From: a candidate division WOR-3 bacterium
GTDB taxonomy: Bacteria > Hydrothermota > UBA3072 > B12-G15
Assembly: GCA_965649055.1 (NCBI GenBank)
Contig: CBFGJG010000008.1
Location: 22,115-57,804 of the forward strand
Reading direction: 5' to 3'
DNA length: 35,690 bases
Made by a program: the position numbers and the translations under genes. The notes beneath the pieces were generated by a model. That model was not told where the DNA came from. It did no database searches and saw only the letters and a program-made list of their open reading frames with translations. The stretch's first letter is position 1. Every line of letters begins with the position of its first letter. Positions 27,745 to 35,690 of the stretch are shown here, piece after piece.

Positions 27745-29456
27745 GAATAAAAGATATTATACCTGTCTCATTGGGTAAAGAACCTGCTGATATAATTCTC
27801 AAGAATTGTAAAATAATAAATGTTTTCTCAGGAAATATTGAAGAAGGAAACATTGCTCTGTTTAGAAAAAGAATAGCAGGTATTGGTGATTATAAGTATG
27901 GTAAAGAGGTAATAGACTTAAAAGGGAAATATGTCTGTCCTGGTTTAATAGATGCACACCTGCATATTGAATCATCGATGCTTTCACCCGTTGAATTTGC
28001 AAAGGCGGTTCTACCAAAAGGAACAACTACAATTATAGCAGACCCACATGAGATTGCAAATGTAAACGGTCTTGATGGTGTTGAATATATGATAAAAATA
28101 ACAGAAGGAATACCTCTTAATATCTATATCACTTTACCTTCCGCAGTTCCAGCAACAGACCTTGAAACTTCCGGCGCAAGGCTTGGTGTGGAAGATATGA
28201 TAGGTTTTCTTGAAAAACACCCAAGAATTCTTGCACTCGGTGAAGTGATGAATTACCCCGGTGTTCTGTCCTGTGATAATGAATTAATTGCAAAGATTGA
28301 GCTTTTAAGACACAGATACAAGAAAATAGATGGTCATGCACCAGGACTTTCAGGGAAAAAACTTAATGCCTATATTGTTGCATTTATAAGGTCTGACCAT
28401 GAATCAATATCAAAGGAAGAAGCACTTGAAAAGGTAAGTAAAGGAATGCAGGTTTTCATTAGAGAAGGAAGTGCTGCTAAGAATCTTGATGATTTGCTTC
28501 CGGCTGTAAATGATATTAATCATCATTATTTTTCTTTCTGCACAGATGATAGAAGTCCTGAAGATATTATAAATGAAGGACATATTGATTATATGGTTAG
28601 AAGGGCTATAAAAAAAGGATTAAACCCAATAATTGCTATTCGTATGGCGACTATTAATACTGCGAGGTATTTCAACCTGAGAAGTATGGGTGCAATTGCA
28701 CCTGGCTATAAGGCAGACTTCGTTATATTAGATAACCTGAAGGATTTTAAAATACATTCAGTAATAAAAGATTCAAGATTAGTATCACAGAATAATAAAT
28801 TATTGGTTGATATTAAAGTGAAATCAGATTACAGACTAAACAATCGTATGAATACACCTTTGATAAAACCTGAAAATTTAAAGGTAAGATATGAAAAAGG
28901 GAGGATAAGGGTTATAGAGATTATTAAAGATAATATCATTACAAAAGAAGTTATCTCGAATCCAAAAGTTGAAAATGGTTATGTTGTTTCGGATCCCAAA
29001 AATGATATAATAAAGGTTATTGTTATTGACAGATATAAAGGAATGAATTTTTCTATAGGTTTCATTAAAGGCATCTCATTAAAAGAGGGTGCAATAGGAA
29101 CAAGCGTTGGACACGATGCCCACAATATTGCAATAGCAGGGGTAAATGATGATGATATTTTCTTTGCCTTCAGAGAATTGAAAAAGATGAAAGGAGGTAT
29201 TGTTTTGGTTAAGAATAAAAAAATACTATCATCAATACCTTTTCCTGTCGCAGGGCTTATGTCTGACAAAGATCTTGAATATGTATACAAAAAAACATTA
29301 ACTTTAAAAAATATGGCAAAATCCCTCGGTTGTAAAAATGAGCCTTTTCTACCACTCTCTTTTATTCAGCTACCAGTTATCCCCGAGATAAGGATAACCG
29401 ATAAAGGGATAGTTAATGTTGAGAAACAGGAATATGTCTCATTATTTTTATCTTGA
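27741..29456 (+). CDS. ade: Adenine deaminase
   Basis: PGLIDAHLHIESS, DPHEIANV, GEVMNYPGV, DGHAP, SDHE, REGSAAKNL, CTDD and GHDAHN motifs. Confidence 0.96.
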   Translation: MRIKDIIPVSLGKEPADIILKNCKIINVFSGNIEEGNIALFRKRIAGIGDYKYGKEVIDLKGKYVCPGLIDAHLHIESSMLSPVEFAKAVLPKGTTTIIADPHEIANVNGLDGVEYMIKITEGIPLNIYITLPSAVPATDLETSGARLGVEDMIGFLEKHPRILALGEVMNYPGVLSCDNELIAKIELLRHRYKKIDGHAPGLSGKKLNAYIVAFIRSDHESISKEEALEKVSKGMQVFIREGSAAKNLDDLLPAVNDINHHYFSFCTDDRSPEDIINEGHIDYMVRRAIKKGLNPIIAIRMATINTARYFNLRSMGAIAPGYKADFVILDNLKDFKIHSVIKDSRLVSQNNKLLVDIKVKSDYRLNNRMNTPLIKPENLKVRYEKGRIRVIEIIKDNIITKEVISNPKVENGYVVSDPKNDIIKVIVIDRYKGMNFSIGFIKGISLKEGAIGTSVGHDAHNIAIAGVNDDDIFFAFRELKKMKGGIVLVKNKKILSSIPFPVAGLMSDKDLEYVYKKTLTLKNMAKSLGCKNEPFLPLSFIQLPVIPEIRITDKGIVNVEKQEYVSLFLS

Positions 29457-29481
29457 CATCTCTATATAATATGTTTATATT
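29453..29481 (+). promoter_or_regulatory. Promoter, probably leaderless, for the GWxTD pair
   Basis: TTGACA (containing the ade TGA stop)-N17-TATATT-N6-ATG with no SD. Confidence 0.55.
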
Positions 29482-29487
29482 ATAAGT

Positions 29488-30609
29488 ATGTTTTTTTTAA
29501 TATTTGCGTTTAGTTCAAATATTGAATTGCGAAGGGATTCGCACTCTAATCCTTTTATTTATGTTTATTATTATGTAAATTATAATGACCTCTCATTTTT
29601 TAAGACAGATTCAGGATTCTACGCAAAATATAAAGTTTCCCTTACGCTCCATTCAAAAAGGAAACAGATTACAGGCAAATCCATCTTTAAAGAGATATTC
29701 ATAAAAGAATACGAAAAAACCATAACAGGAGAAGAAAAAGATTCGGGAAATATTTCAATAAATTTTTCTGGTGTAGGTGATTTTAAAGTATATTTTGAGA
29801 TAATTGATTTAAACAGTCAGAGAAAAATGACCGACGAAAAAACTATTTCTTTAAAAAGTTACAAAGATGTATTCATTGAAGAAATAAGGATAAAAAGCAC
29901 AGGGACAAAAATAATCAATTTTGAAGATAGTTTAAGAGCATCTTTTGATATTTTCAATCCTAAAAATGAAAGTGTGTATGTAAAGATAATTATAAAAAAC
30001 TTTTCAGGTGTTAGGTTTTATGAAGAAGAAAGAATCCTTTACGGGAAGAATCTTTTTGAAGAATATCTGTTTTTACCTGGGACCACTTTTTCTGAAGGTG
30101 AATTTCTCCTCACTATAAATGTAAAAGGGTTGAGGACAAAAAAAAGTTCAAAAAGTGAAGTTTCTTTCTTTGTTCAAAAACCATTTTTTAAATCAGAAAG
30201 GTTTGTAAAAAGGGCGAAACAGATGATTTATATTGCTCCAAAGTCTCTTATCGACAAAATGATTATATCATCCTATGAAGAAAGAGAAAGACTCTGGGCA
30301 GAATTCTGGAAAAAACTTGACCCAACACCAGAGACAGATAAAAACGAGGTCCTTGAAGAGTATTTCAAGAATATTGATTACTGCAATCAAGAATTTTCTT
30401 CTCCCTTTAGCGAAGGTTGTTTTACCGATAGAGGAAAGGTATTTATGAAATTAGGTCCTCCTGATGCGGTTGAAAGACATCCTTTCGATATAGATTCAAA
30501 GGCATACGAGATTTGGTATTATTACTCTAAAAACTATAGATTGATGTTTGTTGATTATTATAACCTCGGTGATTACAAACTTGAAAATCCACCACCTGAA
30601 CTATGGTAA
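29488..30609 (+). CDS. GWxTD domain protein
   Basis: FWKKLDPTPET..NE..EEYF..I.Y.N..F, GCFTDRGKVFMKLGPPD, YEIWYY and FVD..G.Y motifs; beta-rich N-terminal region. Confidence 0.88.
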   Translation: MFFLIFAFSSNIELRRDSHSNPFIYVYYYVNYNDLSFFKTDSGFYAKYKVSLTLHSKRKQITGKSIFKEIFIKEYEKTITGEEKDSGNISINFSGVGDFKVYFEIIDLNSQRKMTDEKTISLKSYKDVFIEEIRIKSTGTKIINFEDSLRASFDIFNPKNESVYVKIIIKNFSGVRFYEEERILYGKNLFEEYLFLPGTTFSEGEFLLTINVKGLRTKKSSKSEVSFFVQKPFFKSERFVKRAKQMIYIAPKSLIDKMIISSYEERERLWAEFWKKLDPTPETDKNEVLEEYFKNIDYCNQEFSSPFSEGCFTDRGKVFMKLGPPDAVERHPFDIDSKAYEIWYYYSKNYRLMFVDYYNLGDYKLENPPPELW

Positions 30610-31889
30610 TAATTATTTTTTCTTTAATTCTTGATTATTCAGTATTCAAAATTTCTGATGATACATCTTATTGTGAAATTTATTATAGTGTTGGAAATAA
30701 TCTTTTTACATATATAAAAGAGAAAGATGGATATGCTGCATATTTTAATTTAAAGATAGAGATGAAAAATCTTTCAACAGGGTGGTTAAGCACAACCGAA
30801 ATACCTAAAACCATTTTAACACAATATCCATCAGAACCTACATCAAACACAGTTGATTTCATTCCTCTGTTTCTATTATCCAATTACAATTTTCTTGTAA
30901 AAATAGTAATTATAGATAGTATTTCCGGAAGAAAAGATTCATCTTCAATAATTATTAATTCACCTATTTGGAAAGGTTTATCGATAAGCAGTATTCAGAT
31001 AACAAATATGGTCATTACTGACAGAAAAACAATTTTTGAAAAGAATGGCTTAAATCTTATTCCATTACCGGAAAGATTTTTCACTATAGAGACACCTTTA
31101 TTAACTTATTATTCAGAAGTATATGGTCTGGAATCAGATACAACTATCATAAATATCAGCGTTTTTCAGAACAATAATCTTGTAAAGATGATAAAGGAAG
31201 AAAAAATAATTGACTCTTTAAAGAGCAGGCTTATTGCTGGAAGTTTCAATCTCCTCGGTCTTTCAGATGGAGAATACATATTGAAGATTGAAGTGAAAAA
31301 CAATAATAACACTGTCAAATCACAGAAAAGTTTTAAATTGCAGAAAATAAAGAAAGAGGGTTTTATCAAGAGACTGAGACAGGAAGAAAAGGAAATTGCT
31401 TTATTTCTTGATTATCTTTTACCCCAAGAAGAATTATCCTTGTATAAGTTAATGAGCGATTCAGAAAAAATAGATTACGCTGAAAAATACTGGTTAAGAC
31501 AGGACCCTAATCCTTTAACTTCAGAGAATGAAGCATTCAGAGAATTCTTAAAAAGGGTTGATTATGCCGATAAAAATTTCCCAGAAAAATTACGAAAAGG
31601 AAGATACAGCGCAAGGGGTAGAATCTGTATTAAATATGGTATTCCAAATGAAGTAATACAAAGGTCTTTTGAATCAGGATATACCCCTTACCAGATCTGG
31701 CAGTATAATATTGAAAACCCTATTTCCTTTTTATTTGTTGACAAAAGTAATATAGGTGTTTATGAGCTTGTTTTTTCTTCATTGAAAAATGAACCTATTG
31801 ATAAAAATTTTATAGCAAACTGGAGAAAATATATAATGGAAGAAGATGTATTCACTGTAATTGGGCTTTCTGATTATATTCACAGGTAG
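30603..31889 (+). CDS. GWxTD domain protein (second paralog)
   Basis: YW..QDPNP.T.ENE...EF.KRV.YA...F, GRYSARGRI..KYG.P, YQIWQY and FLFVD...G.YEL motifs. Confidence 0.85.
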   Translation: MVIIIFSLILDYSVFKISDDTSYCEIYYSVGNNLFTYIKEKDGYAAYFNLKIEMKNLSTGWLSTTEIPKTILTQYPSEPTSNTVDFIPLFLLSNYNFLVKIVIIDSISGRKDSSSIIINSPIWKGLSISSIQITNMVITDRKTIFEKNGLNLIPLPERFFTIETPLLTYYSEVYGLESDTTIINISVFQNNNLVKMIKEEKIIDSLKSRLIAGSFNLLGLSDGEYILKIEVKNNNNTVKSQKSFKLQKIKKEGFIKRLRQEEKEIALFLDYLLPQEELSLYKLMSDSEKIDYAEKYWLRQDPNPLTSENEAFREFLKRVDYADKNFPEKLRKGRYSARGRICIKYGIPNEVIQRSFESGYTPYQIWQYNIENPISFLFVDKSNIGVYELVFSSLKNEPIDKNFIANWRKYIMEEDVFTVIGLSDYIHR

Positions 31890-32913
31890 GCTTTTTTAAA
31901 AAAACAAAAATCAATATCAAAATGTAAATTACGAATAGAAAACAGTAAGTCAAAATCTTAATATATTGGGGTTTATCAAAAGTTATGTATGCAATTATTC
32001 CAAGTAAAAACTCAATCATAGAAAAAATATAAAAAACAATTCTCGGGTTTTTAAACTTTTCCAGCATATGATGATGCAGATGCTCTTTATCCGGGTAAAA
32101 AGGACTTTTACCCTTGAATATCCTTCTGAAAAACGCACCTGTTAAATCTGTTATAGGAAGACTCAAAAGAATTAAAGTTGGGTATACATTATAAAATCCT
32201 CCACCTAAATTTCCAAGTCTTAAAGAGTTCATAATAATAAATGCACCAAGAACATTACTACCTGAATTACCAAGGAATATCTTTGCAGGATAAAAGTTAA
32301 AGAAAAGGAAAGAAAGTAATGCGGATGCCCAAACTATCAGATGAAAATGTAATGTTGCTGATGGTGAATAGATAAAAAGCCCGAAAATAATATAAATAAA
32401 AACATAACCTGCAAGTAAACCATCCATTCCATCTATAAAGTTTAATGAATTAATCACAAGTATTGTATAAAATATTGTAAAAAAAACACCTGATTTGAGC
32501 ATAGGTATTCTTACAGGTCCAATGTCAACAAGAACGGGCTTAAAATTTAAATATATAATTATTCCCAAAATAACCTGAAATACCAGTTTATATCTCACTT
32601 TTATGTTATAAATATCGTCAAATAGTCCAAAAACCGCACCCATTAAAAATGTGAGCCATGTTAAGAATACTCTATATTCAAAGTTTTTTCTGAATAAAAA
32701 ATAAAAAAATGAGAAAAGAAAAATCGTTAAAAATATTACTATTCCTCCAGAAGTCACAATAGGATTCTTGTGTATTGAATGTTCTTTATCATAAGGGTCA
32801 TCCAGTAAATTTTTCCATCTTTTAGTCAAACTTAGATAGATTTTTATCAATATCAATGTTAAAATAAGAGCAGATATAATAATAGTTGAATTGAATAGAA
32901 TTATTTTATTCAT
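31852..32913 (-). CDS. Polyprenyl-phosphate GlcNAc-1-phosphate transferase (WecA/TagO-like, MraY family)
   Basis: Multiple TM segments; GLFDD, NSLNFIDGMDGL, FNFYPAKIFLG and PF.PDKEHLHH motifs. Confidence 0.9.
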   Translation of the reverse strand: MNKIILFNSTIIISALILTLILIKIYLSLTKRWKNLLDDPYDKEHSIHKNPIVTSGGIVIFLTIFLFSFFYFLFRKNFEYRVFLTWLTFLMGAVFGLFDDIYNIKVRYKLVFQVILGIIIYLNFKPVLVDIGPVRIPMLKSGVFFTIFYTILVINSLNFIDGMDGLLAGYVFIYIIFGLFIYSPSATLHFHLIVWASALLSFLFFNFYPAKIFLGNSGSNVLGAFIIMNSLRLGNLGGGFYNVYPTLILLSLPITDLTGAFFRRIFKGKSPFYPDKEHLHHHMLEKFKNPRIVFYIFSMIEFLLGIIAYITFDKPQYIKILTYCFLFVIYILILIFVFLKKPTCEYNQKAQLQ

Positions 32914-33157
32914 TCTTAAGAAAGAGATTCAGAAATTCCCTTTTATCTCCTGAAAACTCAATCAGCTTTATATTGGAGGTTTCGCCTTTAATAATCTTTA
33001 TATCATATCCTGTCTTTTCCTTTATAAATTTTATCAATCTTCTATTCGCCTTTCCTTTTACAGGTGCTTCATTAATGTAAACAACAATCCTTCCATCTTT
33101 ATTCTTGATTTCTTCTTTCTTTGAATTTGTAATGACTTTTATCTCTATTATTCCCAT
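32906..33157 (-). CDS. yggU: DUF167 / YggU family protein
   Basis: IKVITNSK, APVKGKANRRLIKF and IIKGETS..K motifs. Confidence 0.85.
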   Translation of the reverse strand: MGIIEIKVITNSKKEEIKNKDGRIVVYINEAPVKGKANRRLIKFIKEKTGYDIKIIKGETSNIKLIEFSGDKREFLNLFLKNE

Positions 33158-35151
33158 TATATATAATTCAAAGCCATTGATGCAAATTTATGATTTATGC
33201 CCTTTAAAAACAGTATCGTCTTTTCTCTTAAATCCTTTTTGTCTTTGTGTTCTCTTATAAGATTAACTATGTAATAGTAAGCGGAAATATAGTCAGGGTC
33301 TTTCTTTATAATTTCTGTGATATAATAATATGATTTTTCAGGGTCTTTCTTTATTCCTAAATTAATTCTTATAAGCCCTTCTATTGCCATAATACAGTAT
33401 TCATCCCTTCTATACGCTTCTTCATAGAATTTCTGAGCATTTTCAAAATCTTTTATACTTTCGTTCAATTGACCTAACCACGCATGGACATATCCAAAAT
33501 CTTCAGGTGTTATTGGAATCAAATCATTAAAACTCTTCAATGCAGTATTAACACCCTTTTTCAAACTATTAATAGCATCTCTATATTTAGTCGGGAAATC
33601 AACTGATGCATCGATATTTTCAACAGGAATTTCTTTTGCTTTATCATTTCTTTTGTAAATAACTTCTGTTATTTTACCATCATCAGAAGAAATATAGTAA
33701 GGATAGTATCCTAACCTAAACCTCTTCCAGAGAAATAATGCCCTTTCTGCAGCAGCACTTGGTTTAGAACCCGTTGAAAAAACAATATAAGAAGGCAACT
33801 TACTCAAAACATATTTTGAATTATAGTTCCTTTCGCGCCATGAATGTTGAAGCCCTTTTATATGTTCGGGATGCCTACCAATAACCGAATCAGTTAAACC
33901 AAGCAAATCTATCATATCCTTATCTGCATAAAAAGAAATTGCTCCTATTGTTGAAGCAGCAAAGATTTCATCATTATTCATATTCTTATTAAGCCATAAG
34001 CCAATAAATTTCATTTTTTCTACAAGTCCTATTTCAAGAACCTTCCAGTATCTTGTATACTTCCAATTTGATTTATGCCCCTGTCCCGGAAAAGGATTTA
34101 GAAGATAATAAGCAGTTATGAATATTAATATAATAATATTCCCTGTATTATTCAATCTTAGATTTTTCAATCCAATTATAAAATAAAGAATTATCAGGGA
34201 AAGAATAGGAACAAAAAATCTATGAACCTGTAAAGTATCACCGCCAACAGAAATAATATAAACAATATATGAAAAAATAACAAAGAATAGAACAAAATTC
34301 TCGATGAATTTTTTCTTGATTATTAGAATTATCAATGGTAAGACCAATATCATACCGAAAACACCATAAGCCATAAAGAATCTACCTGCATAATTCAATC
34401 CCATCTTCAGATAATCAAAATTGAAAGATGTCTTTGCATAAAATGTGTTGGGTAAAAAAGATTTATAATAAATGAATCTGAAAACAAAATGTGGAAAAAC
34501 GATCAGGAAAAAAGGAAGAACATAAAATTTAATAATATCAATTATAATTTTAATGTTTAACTTCTTTAATAATAATTCCTGAATTAAAAAACCAAAACCA
34601 AGCAGTAAAAACACAAAATTACCCTCAGGTCTTGTTAAAGCAGAAAGACCAATTAAGACTGATGACAACATTAAATGTTTCTCATTCTTTCTATAAATAA
34701 AGAAAAGAGTCCCACTAATCAAAAGTAGTGTGAAAAGAATAGTTTCCATACCACTTATAGCCCAGTAACAGAATGCATAATTTATTCCGGTAAGAAGAAC
34801 AAGGAAGAATGTAAAAACAATTGAAAGGCCTATAGTTAAATTCCCAAAAAAGAAAAGAAATAAAAGCGTTAAAATACCAAGTAAAACACCAAGAAACTGG
34901 GAAAGGGTTATCAGGGAATCAAAAGAAATACCAATTTTAGCAAATAAGGAAAGCAATATCATCCATAAGAAATTTGTGTATCCCTCTACCCTTTCAAAAG
35001 AATTGAAAACAGGTCCATTATTCCTGACTATGTTTCTTACATATCTTAAGGTAATGAATGAATCATCCTGATAAAATTTATTGTTGAGAGTGATAAAAAG
35101 AAAAAGAATAACTGGAATTAAAAAGATTGAATAAATTAAACTTTTTTTCAT
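33157..35151 (-). CDS. GT-C superfamily membrane glycosyltransferase (AftB-like N-terminus) with a C-terminal TPR-like region
   Basis: DDSFITLRYVRN...NGPVFN..ERVEGYTNFLW, SGMET, LTRPEG, LPNTFYAK, VGGD..RFFVP and DLLGLTD motifs. Many TM helices, then helical repeats (AWLGQL..AQKFYEEA). Confidence 0.72.
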   Translation of the reverse strand: MKKSLIYSIFLIPVILFLFITLNNKFYQDDSFITLRYVRNIVRNNGPVFNSFERVEGYTNFLWMILLSLFAKIGISFDSLITLSQFLGVLLGILTLLFLFFFGNLTIGLSIVFTFFLVLLTGINYAFCYWAISGMETILFTLLLISGTLFFIYRKNEKHLMLSSVLIGLSALTRPEGNFVFLLLGFGFLIQELLLKKLNIKIIIDIIKFYVLPFFLIVFPHFVFRFIYYKSFLPNTFYAKTSFNFDYLKMGLNYAGRFFMAYGVFGMILVLPLIILIIKKKFIENFVLFFVIFSYIVYIISVGGDTLQVHRFFVPILSLIILYFIIGLKNLRLNNTGNIIILIFITAYYLLNPFPGQGHKSNWKYTRYWKVLEIGLVEKMKFIGLWLNKNMNNDEIFAASTIGAISFYADKDMIDLLGLTDSVIGRHPEHIKGLQHSWRERNYNSKYVLSKLPSYIVFSTGSKPSAAAERALFLWKRFRLGYYPYYISSDDGKITEVIYKRNDKAKEIPVENIDASVDFPTKYRDAINSLKKGVNTALKSFNDLIPITPEDFGYVHAWLGQLNESIKDFENAQKFYEEAYRRDEYCIMAIEGLIRINLGIKKDPEKSYYYITEIIKKDPDYISAYYYIVNLIREHKDKKDLREKTILFLKGINHKFASMALNYI

Positions 35152-35174
35152 ATCTCTCCCAATTTAAATTTTAA

Positions 35175-35247
35175 AGGCGGCACCCGGATTCGAACCGGGG
35201 AATAGCGGTTTTGCAGACCGCCGCCTTAGCCACTTGGCTATACCGCC
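35175..35247 (-). tRNA. tRNA-Cys(GCA)
   Basis: GGCGGTA..TGCCGCC-T, anticodon arm GCGGT-CTGCAAA-ACCGC, T arm CCCGG-TTCGAAT-CCGGG. CCA not encoded. Confidence 0.98.
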
Positions 35248-35260
35248 ATAAAATAAAAAG

Positions 35261-35333
35261 AGCGGGAAACGGGACTCGAACCCGCGACATCTACCTTGGC
35301 AAGGTAGAGCTCTACCAACTGAGCTATTCCCGC
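35261..35333 (-). tRNA. tRNA-Gly(GCC)
   Basis: GCGGGAA..TTCCCGC-T, anticodon arm CTACC-TTGCCAA-GGTAG, T arm GCGGG-TTCGAGT-CCCGT. CCA not encoded. Confidence 0.98.
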
Positions 35334-35341
35334 TTAATAAT

Positions 35342-35369
35342 ATATTTATAAAAATATATTTTTTGTCAA
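35342..35369 (-). promoter_or_regulatory. Promoter for the tRNA-Gly/Cys operon
   Basis: TTGACA-N16-AAATAT (weak -10), ending 8 nt before the tRNA. Confidence 0.45.
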
Positions 35370-35405
35370 GTTTTTTGGATATAATTTTTGCAATTTTTTT
35401 AAATC

Positions 35406-35433
35406 TTGACATAATTTATGAATATATTATAAT
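35406..35433 (+). promoter_or_regulatory. Consensus promoter, probably leaderless, for pfkA
   Basis: TTGACA-N16-TATAAT-N6-ATG with no SD. Confidence 0.72.
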
Positions 35434-35439
35434 GTCCCT

Positions 35440-35690
35440 ATGATAAAAAGATTGGCGATAATAACACCTGGTGGTGACGCACCTGGAATAAATACCTGTA
35501 TAAGGGCAGTTGTCCGAAAGGCATTAACACTCGGTATTAAAACATTCGGGATAAAAAGAGGATATGCAGGTCTTCTTGAAGATGAATTTATTGAACTTGA
35601 CTGGAAATCAGTAAGTGGGATTATGGAAATTGGTGGAACTATACTCCATACTGAAAGATTTGAGCATTTTCATGAAGAAGAATATGTTCT
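35440..35690 (+). CDS. pfkA: 6-phosphofructokinase (5' part only)
   Basis: Hand translation: MIKRLAIITPGGDAPGINTCIRAVVRKA..GIKRGYAGL..GGTILHTER. Confidence 0.92.
   Translation, partial: MIKRLAIITPGGDAPGINTCIRAVVRKALTLGIKTFGIKRGYAGLLEDEFIELDWKSVSGIMEIGGTILHTERFEHFHEEEYV

Noticed and set aside
35164..35412. 82-aa minus-strand ORF
   Set aside because: It runs through tRNA-Gly, tRNA-Cys and their promoter, so it is a shadow ORF.
35358..35415. Inverted repeat TGTCAAG...CTTGACA as a mobile-element end or operator
   Set aside because: Fully explained by two divergent TTGACA -35 boxes.

Overview
A gene-dense, AT-rich bacterial chromosome segment with no integrase, transposase, CRISPR array or rRNA. 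It probably comes from an anaerobic, amino-acid-fermenting organism; an FCB-related candidate lineage such as WOR-3 is my guess, based on the GWxTD proteins and very short signal peptides. Left to right: (1) a >10.6 kb minus-strand housekeeping operon, tRNA-Val-thrS-infC-rpmI-rplT-pheS-pheT-(zapB-like)-zapA-rny-ymdB-folD-xseA; (2) an accessory block with a secreted DUF3160 protein, a cytoplasmic trypsin-like protease carrying four CxxC pairs, a YbjN/CesT-like protein and a convergent AAA+ ATPase; (3) a buk-ptb-fabH operon followed by a four-subunit Thermococcales-type 2-ketoisovalerate:ferredoxin oxidoreductase; (4) a DUF3857-transglutaminase, a catalytically degenerate paralog and a GT4 glycosyltransferase; (5) an FAD oxidoreductase and adenine deaminase; (6) two tandem GWxTD proteins; (7) tRNA-Gly, tRNA-Cys, a GT-C/TPR membrane protein, yggU and a wecA-like gene; (8) the start of pfkA. 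The best candidates for undescribed biology are the protease-zinc-ribbon/YbjN/AAA module and the fabH-in-VOR operon. Also notable are a recurring 16-bp sigma70 spacer, three apparently leaderless genes, non-canonical starts (infC, ymdB), a hairpin over the rny ribosome-binding site, and active-site variants of XseA and FolD. All family assignments are from motif recognition by eye, not database searches.
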